Below, one piece after another: positions 48,601 through 63,600 of a stretch of 64,000 nucleotides of DNA; within the stretch, counting starts at the first letter, position 1; every line of letters begins with the position of its first letter. Below the pieces are notes generated by a model that saw only the letters and a program-made list of their open reading frames with translations, did no database searches and had not been told where the DNA came from. The stretch is taken from the NCBI GenBank assembly GCA_964437615.1, contig CAYTHL010000002.1, positions 62-64,061 on the forward strand, in the 5' to 3' direction. This DNA comes from an uncultured Lachnospiraceae bacterium. GTDB taxonomy: Bacteria > Bacillota > Clostridia > Christensenellales > UBA1242. The position numbers and the translations under genes were made by a program.

Positions 48601-51600
48601 TGCTTACAACTCTACCGACCCGTACTTTTTATGCGGCAAAGAAGGTGTTGTACTTTTAGCCAACCCTACTGTTGTTTTATCGGACGAAAACGACGGGGAT
48701 ATAATTTATCAATTTAAATATTGGATGGTATTTAGCCGTTACAACAGCAATATTTTGTACTACAACAAAGAGGTAACCGAAGGCTTGGCAGATAGAACCA
48801 ATTCGGTTTGTAGGTTTACTTCGGCAAACGCTGGATATTACATTTTTGTGCCAGTATACGAAAGAGTTTATTCTGTTAGTATTGGCACGGCTGTAGAATA
48901 TGGTGCCAACAACCTTGGCGGCGGCGTTAACATCTATTATGCTGATGGCAACAGTATAAACCTAACCGAATCTAGGTACGGCGATGACGCTGACGAAATC
49001 TATTTTGCACAAATAGAGCCAACCACAGTAAACGGCGTTACAGCTTATTATTACAACAACTTAACCATTACACCATATTTCTACTTTACTGGCAAATTTA
49101 TAACAACAGATGGATACACCTACCCAGAACTAAAGGTAGAGGACAATATATTTAGGTATAGATACACTTTGCTTGGTGTAGAATACGCCAAGTATTACCA
49201 AATAAATGTAACGGGTGCAACGATAACTGCAGAAGAGATTAGCGTTATAACAAACTTTGTATATGGCGAAGCTGGCATAGTACTTATTTATGGCTCAGAT
49301 GGCGAATATAGTTACTACTATAATCGTACCGGTGACTATAATGTACAGACAATCTCCGGAGAGCTTACAACGAGCAGGTACTATGACAAATTTGCATGGC
49401 AAGCCGATAATGACACTAAAACTATTATTGACTACATGAGTTACATGTACAATATAGACTACTACACCGACGGCGTTTTAAGTTATCTATCTGGTTTAAC
49501 AGAATATGCAGACCGTTATCTTAAAGACGGCATATCATTAGATTCTAAAATAGTTTATTACAACAAAACAGAAGGTGCCTTTTATGCATACGACACCCTA
49601 AATATTCAAAAAAACATTTCTTTAGACACAAGTTTAGGCACAAGCAGCAATTTGGCAAGCTGGTTTAAACAATATGGAGAACTTTGCGCAACTAGCATAA
49701 TTAAAAACTTTAATGCCATACTAAATGCGCCAGCATCTACTACAACAGTAATGCCAGACTACAATTACACTAGCGCAAACAATCTTGCCAGCGGAGAACT
49801 TTACTATGCCGAAGACGGCTCGGTTAATATTACTCAGCAGTACAAAACAAGCTACTACACGCGCGACTCTCAAATGGTTCTTTCGGCGGTTGCTGGCTCG
49901 GGCTACAGGCTAGAGGGCTGGTATCTTTCTACTTACAATGCCTCAACCAATAGTTGGGTAGTTAGTTCTAGCGATATCACTACAGAGTTGGGCGTTACCT
50001 ACACCGACGCCATTTTGGAGGTTGTGTATAACCAAATAGACTTTAACTGGTACTATGTAACTAGTTATAGTCAACCGATAAATGGCTTTACATACTATTA
50101 TTATGATAAAGAAAAAACTCAACTTGCTATTGTGCCAAGTTCTTTGGTGGATGACGTTGCCGGATACTATATTACTTACACAGAAAATGGCATAACATTT
50201 TATCAACAACTCTTCCGCAAAAGCCTACTTTCTACAGAATACTACTACGACCAAACATACTCGGTAGCCTACGATGGTCTTCAGACACCTAAGCTAATGA
50301 GCCACTACGAGGCTAAAACTGAGGTTAACGGCAAATACTATATTGGCAGCACCCAGATTTACAAAAATGGTAACACATATTATCGCACTATGAATGCGTC
50401 TAACTTTACTGCTACCGGAAATAAGCTATTTATAACAAACTTGCACAGCAATATTAGGCTTGTGGCTAAGTTTATAGAGGTTTATCAAGCCATGATTTTT
50501 GCCGAAGACAGTTCGGCGGAGAACATTCAAATTGTCTCGGTTTACTATAATAATACTAGTGGTAAGGGCTCTGCTGTAAGGTCAGATTCTTCCGGAAACC
50601 AAATTGTTGCTTTGTCTGCGTCTGTAACCGGCTTAAATAATAATGGGTTTACAACATACAAGTTTACAACAAACATTCAAACTGATTCTGGCTACGACTT
50701 TGATGTTAATGGCGGCAACATTAGCATAAACGATTTTAAATATAATTACGGTAACAACAAATTAACTGATGATTATTGGCAAGGTGTAATAGATAACGGC
50801 AGCTATATTGGCGGAACCGAGTTTAACTATCTTACTGTAGAAGATACCGGCCTAAACAGAGTTAACGAAGAAAACCTTAATTTAAACACCATGTATTTTG
50901 ATGTTTACAACAGCATTTACGTTGTTGTAAGGGTTTATTATACTCAAAAGTTAAATATACACTCTTTGGGTTTAAATTCAGCTTACACTTTAACTCCGGT
51001 GTTCTACCCTACAGAAGAATATATAGACGAAGTTGTGGCTGATGAAGATAAGAGTGTTAATTACCTTTACTACATATTTAAAGTAACATTCGACCGCGAC
51101 CTTGCCGACTATGTTGGTACAACAACAATAGGAGAAGGCGAAGAAGAAAGCGAACTAAAATACACTCTTGCTTCTGACTCTAACTACAATAGTGAGTATG
51201 TTGTTCATGTAAACCGCGGCAAGTCTTTATTTGCCGACGTCATTGATGGCGACTACACATATTTCTATTCTAACCTATTTGGCTATGTAGACTGCTTTGG
51301 GCAAACGGTTGAGTTTACTGTAAGCCAAGAAACTGGCAAAATTACCTTTAGTTCTGATTATTTAAGCGCTTTGAAAACCAACTTGGTAAACGCTGGCGTA
51401 AATCACCTTGCAAATGACACCCGCCTAATAGATACTTACAACTGGGACAACATAAAAGATTTAGCCGAGTATATTAGAAAAACTTATGGTTACAACTTTA
51501 CTATGGCTGGGGTTATAATTAAGGAAATTAGCGAAATTACTGAACCTATAGCTGGCATAACAACTACCACTGCAAAAGCGCTAACGGCTAAAAATACATA

Positions 51601-54600
51601 CGAAGAGAAAAATTACACCAGTTCTTATACAGAAATAATTAATCAAATTAACCTATATTTTAAAAATCAGACTACTAAAATTACTACTCCACAATTAAAT
51701 GGTAGTACTAACTTTATTAATTTTTCAACTATACCAGTATATATTTACACGGTAGGCATGGCAGTTATAACCGACTCTGTTAGCACTGTAAAGTTTGACG
51801 AAGCTGCCCTTGAAAAACTAACCGGAGACTACATTACTGCTGGATATCCATCCAGTGTACAGGAAGAAGAAGATGATGATATTACCGATTTTGGCATAAA
51901 TATTTCTTCTTCACTTTATACGCGCGGTGGAACCAAGGGCTACACCTACATTGGTGCAGGCACACAAACTAACAACTTGTCTGAACCTATCTTGGGTTCA
52001 ACCTACAGCAGCAGATTTGAAGATGTTATATTTGACAACACCGATTTTGCACTTGCCGAAAACACTATTATGGTGTTAGAGGGCTTGGAAATTTCAGATG
52101 AATATTACTGGTATTATAAAAATAATGTTTGGTATGTTAGTTGGACCGAAGACTCCGAAACCTACACATATAAATTTTTAGGCTGGTACGAGCAAAAATT
52201 AATGAAAGGCGACGACGGCGTCTACCGCTGGCAGGATTATCAATTTATGTCAGCAGACCCTGTAAAAGGCTTTGCTAGCAGCGCTGTTGCCGACACCAAT
52301 ATTTTGGCAATATTTGAAAAAGTTGTAAACTTTACTGTAGAAGGCACTAAAAATAACTTTACAATTAATCTAAACTCGTCTGGCGACAGCTTAAACAACG
52401 CAGTAGTAGACCTTTCTGACGACGACACCACTTCTTATTCTGGCGACTACACCATTTCTTCTGATATAACCATGGCTATTACGCCAACTGGTGGCTTTAG
52501 ATTGTCTAATAACTGGACAATTACTGTGCCGGGCTTAGAAAACCACACAACTATAGATGTTTCAAAACTTGACGATATATTCTCTTACAGCCAGTATGAC
52601 GCGGACGGAAACCTTGTTTCTAAAGAGGGCTACGCCGATGTTGTGCTAACCGATACAGTATTTGTTAGCTTTAACTTAGATGCCCTACTAAGGTATATTT
52701 ATAGTGATACGTTAGAAGTTGCCGAAAACGCAGAAGGCGACGAGGACGACGAAGACAATATTATAAGATTTGCTTACGGAAGTGGATACTTTGTTAACAA
52801 CGAAGGACAAGTTATAGACCCAATTTCTAGCCTAAAGATTGAGCTAGAATTTAAGGAAGTTGTGCTTGTAACCCTTAGCGTTGAGGGGTATTTATACACA
52901 GACGGCGACGATATAACACAAAGCTCTGGTTACAACTTTAGTTTGGTTAATGTTGATGGCGAAAATGGCAGTTATACACTTACTAGGTACTTTTTAACCC
53001 AATATGTAGCACCAGAAGAAGGCGAAGATCGTGGCAAGGTTGTTAACGCTTTGGAGGAAATACTAAAAGACAGTGCCCAGCGCGAATTCTTGTTTGATTT
53101 AAACGGCAACAATCTGCTTATTTATGGCTACTTTGATGTAGAACTAAACGGGCACTTATTTGTACAAACTATTGCAGATGATAGTGACGCAGCACAAGCC
53201 GCCACGTTGCAACAATGGTGGTTAAACGGATACTATACAAAAACTACTTGGGGCTATAATAGCGACAGCCTTGGCTTTTACAACTACTCTAATGATACCG
53301 ATTACGAAGAGGTGTTTGGCACAACTAGTGGAGGCAGTGGCGAAGAAGGTAGCGAAGAAAGCAATATTGAAGAAATAAATGTTGACGAAGGCGACGAAGA
53401 AGGCGGCGAAACAAGCAATGGCAATATATTTGATTACAACAATTTAGATGTTTCTACATTCCATGTGTTCTTTAAGTATCTAGAAAATAATGGTACTCCA
53501 TTTGCAACTGGCACTGACGGCATAACCGACGACACTATTGAAATAGGTAATTTAAATGATGAACTATTTAAAACCTCGTTAGACAACCGCGGATATTTGT
53601 TAGAGTGCCGAATAACCAGAGTTAGCACCCTTAAAATTGCCTACATTTCTATAGACTCTTTGGCGGCCCTAGAAGATGAATTTACATTAACAAACAATTC
53701 TGCAACAAATAGTTCTGAAAATGTTAACTATATAGACCAAAATGGCTTAATTTCTTGGACGGGTATGCGCTACACAATCGACGAGTACAATGTCTACACA
53801 GAAGTATCGGCAAACGACAGCTTAAACCTAGACTTAACGGCTGAAGATGGGGCAACTAACCAAATGTGTTACTCTACCTACTACTTTACAAACACAACTT
53901 CAATTACCCTTAGCAATTTGGCGGACTACACCACTATAAACAATACCGTGTTTATGTTTGTAGGCTGGTTTAAAGTTACTTCTGGTTTAACATCTAACAA
54001 CCCTGCTTCTGGTGGTTCGCTAATTTATAGCACCACAGATAATGTCTATCAGCCAGACACTGGCGGCTCTTATGTTGCTGTGTTTGTTAAAACCGCTACT
54101 GTAACAAAGGTTGTTACAGACTATCCAAACGGTACACTGCAAGTTAACACTACTCAGCCAGAATTCTCTTATACAAGTTCTGACCAAGTTGACTGCACTA
54201 TTTATAACCTAGAAAATGTTATGTATATTAATAACGCAATGTATGCAATGATTGGCTCTACCATTAGTGCCGATGTTTCTGCTAACCCAGAATATGTTAT
54301 TAAAGATGTAACTGCCACTTATAGCATTGCCACTTATAGCGAAGATGATGAGGCTACAATAAGCATGCTTACTGACGAAAATAGAAATGCAAACAGTGCA
54401 ACTGCAACCTTGCTTGTAGAAGACACAACTTACCGCATAATAGAGGCCGAGTTTGAACTTGGTTATTTAGTAGAGGTAGAACAACTTTACTACATTAGTT
54501 CTGCAATGAACGGCATTGGTGTGCAGTACAGCAGCGAAAATTTTGTTACAATAACCGATAACAACAACAATCAAACATATAATGCAACAAACACAGAAAA

Positions 54601-57600
54601 TAATAGCGTAAACAGCTACACTTTTGCCACTGGCAGCAACCTTACAATTACATTTACAAACACACCTAATACCTACGGCATTATTGGCTTTTATATAGAC
54701 GGCGTAAAACAAGATTTTACTTATGACGCCGAGAACAATACCTACTCTATTACAGTATGCATTAACAAGCACACCATAATAGAGGCCAGATTTACTACGT
54801 TTGTAAAGGTAATAGTAACAACAAAAGTTTCTGGCTCAACTGTAAACTCTGATAATTACACTACTAAATTTACTTACACAGATCCATATTTGAATGAGCA
54901 AATTACTATATCAGACACAGATACACAGTCAAGTAACTACTATGTTCTTAGCGGAACACTGCTTAATATGAGCACTTCTACCGAGTTAGAAAATGTCATT
55001 TTTGACAGATGGTATGGAAACACCGTGACAAATGCAACAAGCCCTAGTAATTCAGACTACAGCACCAATCCGCAATACATACAAGTTGTGTCTGCAGATA
55101 GCAGTATTACCCCTGCCCGTAATTTTGCTGTTGCAAAGGCAACTGTCCACAATATTTATGCAAACTATCTAAAAAATTACAAAGTAACTATTACAAAGGA
55201 ACTTTTAAGCTACAATATTCAGGATATTGGATACATAGACGAAACAACTGACGAACCTACTTCTATATTCTGGTCTTTGCTAGATGTAACTATTACATAC
55301 ACAGATCAATACGGCAAAAATCAAGAACTTCAAATGGGGTCGCTAAAAGAAATTACCATAAATGTAAAATCTGGCACAAAAATTACAATAACATCCAACT
55401 TGTCTGAACTTGTTGCAAACAGATATTCATTCCTTATTTATAAACCTATTACTACTTTAGTTGTAGGTGACGAAGATGATGGATTGTACGAAGCCTATCA
55501 AACTATTAATGAAGTAACAGCATTTACTGTTAAGTTTTCTGCAACACGCAATCTAACTTTAATTAGGCAAGTAAATAATATAGAAAGCCAAGATAACGCT
55601 GGATGTTTAGATGTAGGATATAGAGCTAGCCAAAACGGAGGAGCAAGTGTAATAACAACGCTTGGCAATTACAGCCACTTGTTTGTAAAACTATTCAACA
55701 CAACATCTATTACAGTTTATGCGGCTAATGCAGAATCAAGCGGCTATATATTTGCAGGATTTTATATTAATGGCGTAGCAGTCGGCACTGGAACTCTCAG
55801 CGATGGCAACTGGCAACTAAAAATAGTTGACGGTGAAGGCGAAAATACAACAGATACCTACTATACCAAAGAAAGTGACCTTTCGGTTGTGGCGCTGTAC
55901 TATATGCGCACCACTATTATTACTGCTGTGTCTGTAGACGGCATAGACGGCACCTACGAAACAGACGGCCTTAACGGAAACCTAAAGTTTACCCTAATAG
56001 GCAACCGCATAAGCGACGCAAAAACTTCTGAACTTGGCGGCATATATTACAACACTGATGTTCAAAGCCTTACAGTTTCTATGCTAAAAAATGGCAGCAC
56101 TCATTACTACCTTAGCGGAAAAACTTTGGGGCTTGTGGCAGATAGCTACCAGGGGTATCAGTTTGAAGGCTTCTACTATAAAGTAGGCCTTAGTGGCACT
56201 TGGGCAAAATTGAGTATGAACACATCTAGCGAATACTCCTATGGTGACACGCTTTCGGCTATATTAGAAACTAGCAAAATGATAACAACCATAAATGATG
56301 CTACTACAGTTTACATTAAAGCTAACTTTTTAAGGGCTAGCAATGTTGCTGTGCAAGTATCTTTCTTAAATAGCTACAATTCTAAAATTACATCTTGTGA
56401 AGTGCCAGAAGTAAACTACCTTAAACTTAATGCAAACAATAATGATATACTAGAAACTTCAACTTACTTGCCATATAACAGTTCTACTACAAGCAAGTAC
56501 TCAAACGACAACGAATTCTACTTTGCCCTATCCACTTATGTTGGCTTTAAAATAAATACCAATTACGACGATTACTATGTTTACAACATATACATTAACG
56601 GCAAAATTTACAATGGCGGATATTCCTATATTTGTGGCGGATATAAATATTTGGTGCTAAATTTAGCTAGCTATAGCAAGCCAGACAATTTTAACCAATA
56701 TGACGCAAACACCAGATACAACAACATAATAATTGATGTTAGACTTGTAGAGGTTGTAGACTACACTATTCGTGTAAGCGTTTACGACACCGAATATTTA
56801 GCAAATATAGAGGCTCTTGGTGTAAATTCCTCTTTAAATAGATACGCTGTAAAAGTTGATTACACCACTATTTCCTATCTTTCAACCTTTGGTGGCTTGC
56901 TTAGTTTAAATGCTAGTTCGGCTGCAAATAGCCAAACAGGCAACTTTATTCTATTGTTTACAAGTACTGACAACATAAGCGGAAGTTATAATACTAATGT
57001 TGTAAGTGTCCGTAACGGCGTGCTTTATGTAAATTTAAAACTGCCTATTGGCTCTAAAGTTAGCGCCGAACTTACAGATTCTGATGGCTATAGTCTAGCC
57101 CAAAACCCAACAATTAGCGGCAACGACAATAATACATACACATATGCTGGTTGGTTTGCATACAATGGCAGTTCGCTTGTTGGCTCTACTTCGGTTATAA
57201 ACTACACTAGAGAGCTAAGTTTCTATCTTGCGCAAGACACCTCGGTGGTTGCAAGATTTGACGCCAATGTTTGGGCTTACACCTACGACACTCAGTACTC
57301 ATATCAGTTTAACGGAACTAATTTTGGTGGCAGCAAAACATTTGCTTCTACTGCAGTCCCTGGCATAAATAGCGACACAATTGCTCAGCAAATAACCGAA
57401 TATTTAAAGAGCTTAAACACCAATACTGGCATTACAAATACATTTGAATATAACGGCAAAAAAGAAGCCGAAACCTATGAAAGCATTACATTGATACTTA
57501 CTGGGCTTGGCAACAATTTGTACGAAATAGACTACACATACGAAAACGACAACGATACCTTGTATTCTGGCAAGTACACCTTTATGTTTATGGGCTGGTA

Positions 57601-60600
57601 CCAAGAAATTAGGGACTATCGAACAGAAGAAAGCCGTGTTTACATGCTTGCTAGCACTACCCTAGAGTTGGGCAACAGCGCTAATAGTCTACTATCTGAC
57701 GCAACTAGCCTTACCGCAGTGTTTACTCAAATTGTAGATGTAAGGCTAAATCAAGACGCAATTAATACTGTTTACTACAGCCGCCTTGCAAATATGTCTA
57801 ACACAACACTACCATTAAATTTAAACAGCAATGACACTGTTATTGGCAGTAGCTTAGATATTTATGGAAATCTTAATATATATGCGCTTTACACAAGCGG
57901 CATTGCTGTAAACGGCTTTGTAAACTACGGCTACTATAACAGTGCAGATGATAATACTCTGGATACAATTAAAGAATACATCACCTACCAAATAGTAAGT
58001 ACCCTTATAGATACAGAATATCTAGTAACTTCTAGTACAGCCGACGACCCAAATGTTGAGAGCAAGGGCAATGTAACACAAGGCGACGCTAGCGGTAATC
58101 AAGTTATTGTAGTCAGCAACAATGCTATTGTCTATTTGTTTGGTGAAAAGCCAACCACAGAAAATTTTGAAGAAATTAAAATTTATCATACATTGTACAA
58201 CTACACAATAAAAACGCGCAACAACATGCTTTACACTATGACGGCAACTGCAGCGCGCGTTGAAACTGATGACGACGAACCAGAAACCGACGACGAGCCA
58301 GAAGTTGGCACAAGTTCGCTAAAACTACTAAATTCTGGGGCAATTGTTGCAACTTCTGGCAGCAAACTTGTTGCAACCTCTGCTACTAAACAACAAAATG
58401 GTGGGATAGAAGCTTATGCCGCCGCCGACAACACTGGTACAGAACAATATACATCTAACACAACAAACTCTGGCTTTGAAATTGGTATAGATGATGATGC
58501 GCCAGACTTGTTTGTGTATATTGGCGGAAGATTAATCGCGCCAAGTTCTGGCAACGACGACGCCACCATAAAAATTGGCGTGCGTTACCCTAGTGGCGAA
58601 TCTGTAGAGCTAAATTTAACTATTGACGACAATACTGGCATACTTTATGTAACAGACGAAACCGGTACCATGGTAGACCCTGCCGAACTTGCCGCACTGC
58701 CAGAAGGCACTCAAATAACATTATCTGTTGTTATGTCTACTTCTCCTACTGTGTTGCTAAGAAAAATAGTTTTATATATGTTTAAAACAGAAAATGACTG
58801 GGAGAATTATATTAATAGCGGCACCTTGCCTGCGTCTGCTGGCTATATATACTACGCCTCAAATGATAATACTGGATCTCAGATAATTAGTATCAAATTA
58901 ACTAACGAAAATAGCATTTCTATTTCTAGTAGTCTTGTAAATCAAAACTCAACAACCTACCCTTACTTTGCTTTTTGTGTAAACTTTGTAAACAACTACG
59001 GCATAGAACTTAAAGAAAACGAACTAGAAAAGGGCAATGTAGGTATTTCTTATAACAATTCGGAACCCTCTATAGATAGTGGCTCGGTGTATGATGTTAT
59101 TATTACCGACTCTGACAGTTATGCTTTTTCCGATTTAACCATACAAGATACAAAAAATTCGGAAGATTCGCTTTCTTCACTGTATGATTTACTATCAAAG
59201 TTATTAGAGGACCAAACAGAATATAGCGCAACTAACCTAAGCGATTTGGTGCTTGCAATACAAAATGCTTATGGTGCCGAGGAAGACCCAACAACATATA
59301 CCTTTGAAGATAATTACTGGACAAGCATTTGTTACAATGCTACCGAAAATATGCCATTTACTTTATACTCTGCTACCGGAAGCCTTACCATTAAAATCAA
59401 TTTTACTTTTAATAGTACCAAAGATTATATTGGTGGCAGTTACATTACTAAAGCAAGCTTTAAATTTACCATAAACAGCAACATAACAATAATTACCAAA
59501 TACGAGCATGTATCTAAGGTAAATGTTTATTTAACAACCGAGGGCTTTGACGCCAATACAACCGGCTACAAAAAAACCGACAGCACAAGTGTTGGCATTT
59601 TGTACATTCAAGATTATCAAATATACACTTTGGATAATAATAGCAAATACGAAGCTATTAACAAACTAGACAAGGTTAGAGAAAAATATCTTAGCACCCT
59701 CTCAGATAATCTTGATGCTGAATTTGTGGCGTACTACTACGAGGGCGGCAAACTTGCTACCACCGGAAGCTACACTGAGGGCAACGACGGCATGCTAATT
59801 ACTGCCGGCGAAGAAGACACCACCAGTGAATACAGCAAAGTTATACAGGAAATTTTAGGTAAAACAACCTATTTATCTGCTAGCACGGTTAGTGACGTTA
59901 TTAAAATAGAGATGCTATTTGTTGCAAGAGTAACCCTTTCTGTTGGTGCAGATACACTATACTACAACCCTATCCCAGAAGAATACTATAACGAAAACGA
60001 AACAGTAGAAGGCTATATGAACCAAAACCTGCTAAATACTCCGCTATATGGAATGCTTTATACTAACGAAAGTTTGGTTGAAGCAACAGAACAATACAAC
60101 AATACTGCTGTTTCTTTCTACTATACAGATAATAATTATTCTGATGTATCGGGTGCATTAAGCGTTTCTACCTTGCTTAGCGAACCAACAACACTTAAAC
60201 TAAATGACAAATATAGCTACTTTAGCTTTTACAAGTGGGAAGCCTTATACGACGACACCGTTGTTTACACCACCGAGGACAATATTTTGTTGTTAAGTTT
60301 TAACCTTATGGCGGATATTTGCGACGCAATTAAACAAAAAATTGAAAATATTACTACAATAGATATAACTAAAATTACCTTGCGCGGCATTTTAAAGGAA
60401 GAAGCCCTAACCACCATGCTAGAATATTCAGTTTCTGGCGAGGCGTTCACGGTTACCACTGGTAACGTTGATGCCACAACTGACACTGTAATTACCATTA
60501 TAGAAGATTATAAATATGAAAATACTGATGACTTTATATCTCTATATTACTATAAAAATCAAATAACTGATAATAACAATATTAACCTTGTGCTTGGGGC

Positions 60601-63600
60601 TTACATTTACGAGTATAATGCTGGCTCCAACACCACCGACTACAAGTTGGTTGTAGCATTTAGCAAAAATATTGCTAATGTAGCTAATGTAGCTAATGTA
60701 GCTTCAGATTCAGACCCAAGCTTTCATGTAAATGTAGTGGCTAGCAGCTATACTAACCAAAATAGCCAAAATGCGGCAAAAACCGACTTATTAAACAAAA
60801 ATTATGTTAGGTTGGTTAGCAATAGTGATCCTATAACAACAGCAGAAAATGTGCCTTTAACCTATTCTAATAATAAATATTATCTGCTAGAGGGCGTTAT
60901 AGACCAAAGCGGCATGCTGCAGTATTCTGATAGCAACAGCGTTATTAACCTTAATTATTCTGGTAACAAGTTAACTTGCTATGGGCTTGATAGTAGCAAA
61001 ACAAGTACACTTTTATCTAACGATAATAATAATGTTACAAACACCGTTAGATATGTTCTTTATGCAAGCAATCTAAACCTTATAGAGTTTGGCACGGCGC
61101 TGCCAACAGAAATTGGTTTATATGATGGTGACTTTACATTAAACATTACGGCTTCCGAAGATAATTTAAAAACTATAGGGGTATCTAATACTTCGCTAGA
61201 TTTAACTAATGGCAATTATGGTGCGCTAAGTTACTTAGTTAGAGAAGGCACACTAATAAAAGCTGAGCTAACCATGAACACCGAGAACACCACCTTATAC
61301 AACAACTTTAACTGCATAGCAATATCTCATAGCTTAATGGTTTCTGACCTGTATGCGTATTTCTATAGCGAAAATACACAAATTGTAAATGTAACTGATG
61401 TTAGTCTAGAAAACTGGCGCACCGCACTTGGCATGGAAGGCGATAGCAACGACAACGACTATTATCAAACCTTGCGACAATATTCCGACTACAGAATTGA
61501 TAGCAAGGCTACAAATTACACCTTTATTGCAACCGAAAATGTAAGCTTTATTGCCGACTTTATTAATCTGTTTGACGAGCAAAGGATGTATCTTACTGTG
61601 CTTCTTGCTGCAGACTCTAGCTTTAATTATAGTTTAGACGGCACAGCAAACGGGCTAAAAGAGTTTAGCGGCAAAAACTTTATAATAATAGTTTCTACCA
61701 AAGGAACCACATTTAACTTGACTCTAGATAGTATAGATTACCACTACTCTGCTACTGGAGAATATGTGGGCTGGGCATCAATAGATATTCCTTCTAGTAA
61801 TTCTACGGATGATGAATCGTCTTCTGACGGCAACGATAGTAACAATGTAGTATCTTACTATACCGGACAAAACATAGTAAAAATAGAAGAAGATAATAAC
61901 TTTTATATAACTATAAAACAACAAAACTATCAAATTGGTGTAGGCTTGGTTAGTAACAAATTTATAGATGTTGCGGCTTGGGCTACAGAAAGATATTTAA
62001 CTTTAAATGGAAAAAATACCAACAAAATAGACGAAGAAGGCAATATTATATACACCACTAGCTACGGATATAATTTGTTACTAGAAAACGGAAGCTTTGC
62101 TACGTCGCCAAGTGTATATGTATCTTCGAGCAGCGACATAGACGACGTATTAGAAAAATTAAGTGGCGTAACTACGGCTGAAGAATACACTGTAGATAGC
62201 TATACTGGGGCAACTTTATCTGGCACAGTTGCAATAGTAACAAATAAACTAAATAGCTCTGTATATTTAGTTGCGCAAGCAAGATATGGTTATTACTTTG
62301 GTGGCTTTTATGCAGTGTCGCAGTCTGCATTGTTAACACTAAATACAGACGAACAAAACTATAATAACACCTGTTCTGCTTACACCATGAAATACCTAGG
62401 TGGCGCTTACTACTTAAATGGCTCTAGTGATAACAGCACATGCACAACTAGAAAAAATGGTAGCACAACCTATTACTACTATTTGTTAGACAATGTTGAC
62501 GGAGATGTAGAAATTGTAGCTGTTTATGTACCTTTTGTATATTTATTAACCATTATAAACAAAGAGTTTGACGAGTCTGAAAATAGCTTAAATAGCGAAA
62601 ATATATATTTGGTGGACCCAGATGACGACGAAATTACAACTCAAGGTAAAGTTTATGCAGAAACTTTACTTATTACCGCTAATAGCTACACAGAACTTAC
62701 CATAAGCAGCAATGGCTATTCAGAATTTAAGGGCATTATTAGCGACGAAGAATATAATTTACAAGCAGCATATTCTCACGAAGAAATTAGCAAGGTAGAT
62801 ATAATTTATACAGATAACTCTACAGAATCTATTGATATAGACGGCTCAACCGAAAAAGACAGGGCCGAACAAATAATTAAAGCATTAAACAAAATATTTG
62901 ATGGAAGCGGTACTAAAAAAGATAATATATCTTCTTACACAATTACCTATACAAGTAGCGAAGATGGAAATGTGCAAACTGGGCTATTATCTACAAAAGA
63001 TGCTCGCCGCCTATTTCCGTTAGATTATTCAAAATTGTTAGCTGCAACAAATACTACTGCTCAAAACACCGACCCCCTTAGCTACATGTATCTATCTTTT
63101 GGCGATATTAATGAAGACATAACTCTGTATGCTTACTTTACATCCATTTATTACACGCTAGAAATAGAAATTGCAGAATTAGAGTCTAGTTATTACTACT
63201 ATGACGATACCACAAGTTATAACTATAACATTACTAGCAAAAATAACAATACTTACTATTTAAGTTATGCAAATGCCGACAGCGATGACTTTGTAAACCC
63301 TAGTGCAGATGACGACTATGGCATAGCAGAGGACGACCCTTATATTTACACATTCTATGATTGCGACGGCAAAAAACTTGCTAACCCAGTTAGAGTTACA
63401 GCAGCTATGGTAGAAAGCACGGCTACATCTGGCGACACTAGCAGCAATTATTTAAGGCTAATTCGCACCAATCAAGCTAACAACACCTACGAATATGCTT
63501 ATGTTGTTACTAAGCCACTTACATCTGGTAATAACTTGTATACATCAGATGTAAATGCCGAAGCAAAAACAACTAATTTGGTTTGTCTAGAAGATGTAAC

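Noticed and set aside
42667-60498. Short minus-strand and off-frame ORFs across the giant gene (e.g. 42667..43047, 44238..44573, 44930..45223, 45719..46081, 47771..48019, 49943..50209, 54467..54772, 59253..59474).
   Set aside because: All lie inside the giant ORF, either antisense or in other frames. Their translations are low-complexity and hydrophobic, as shadow ORFs typically are, and none has an RBS.
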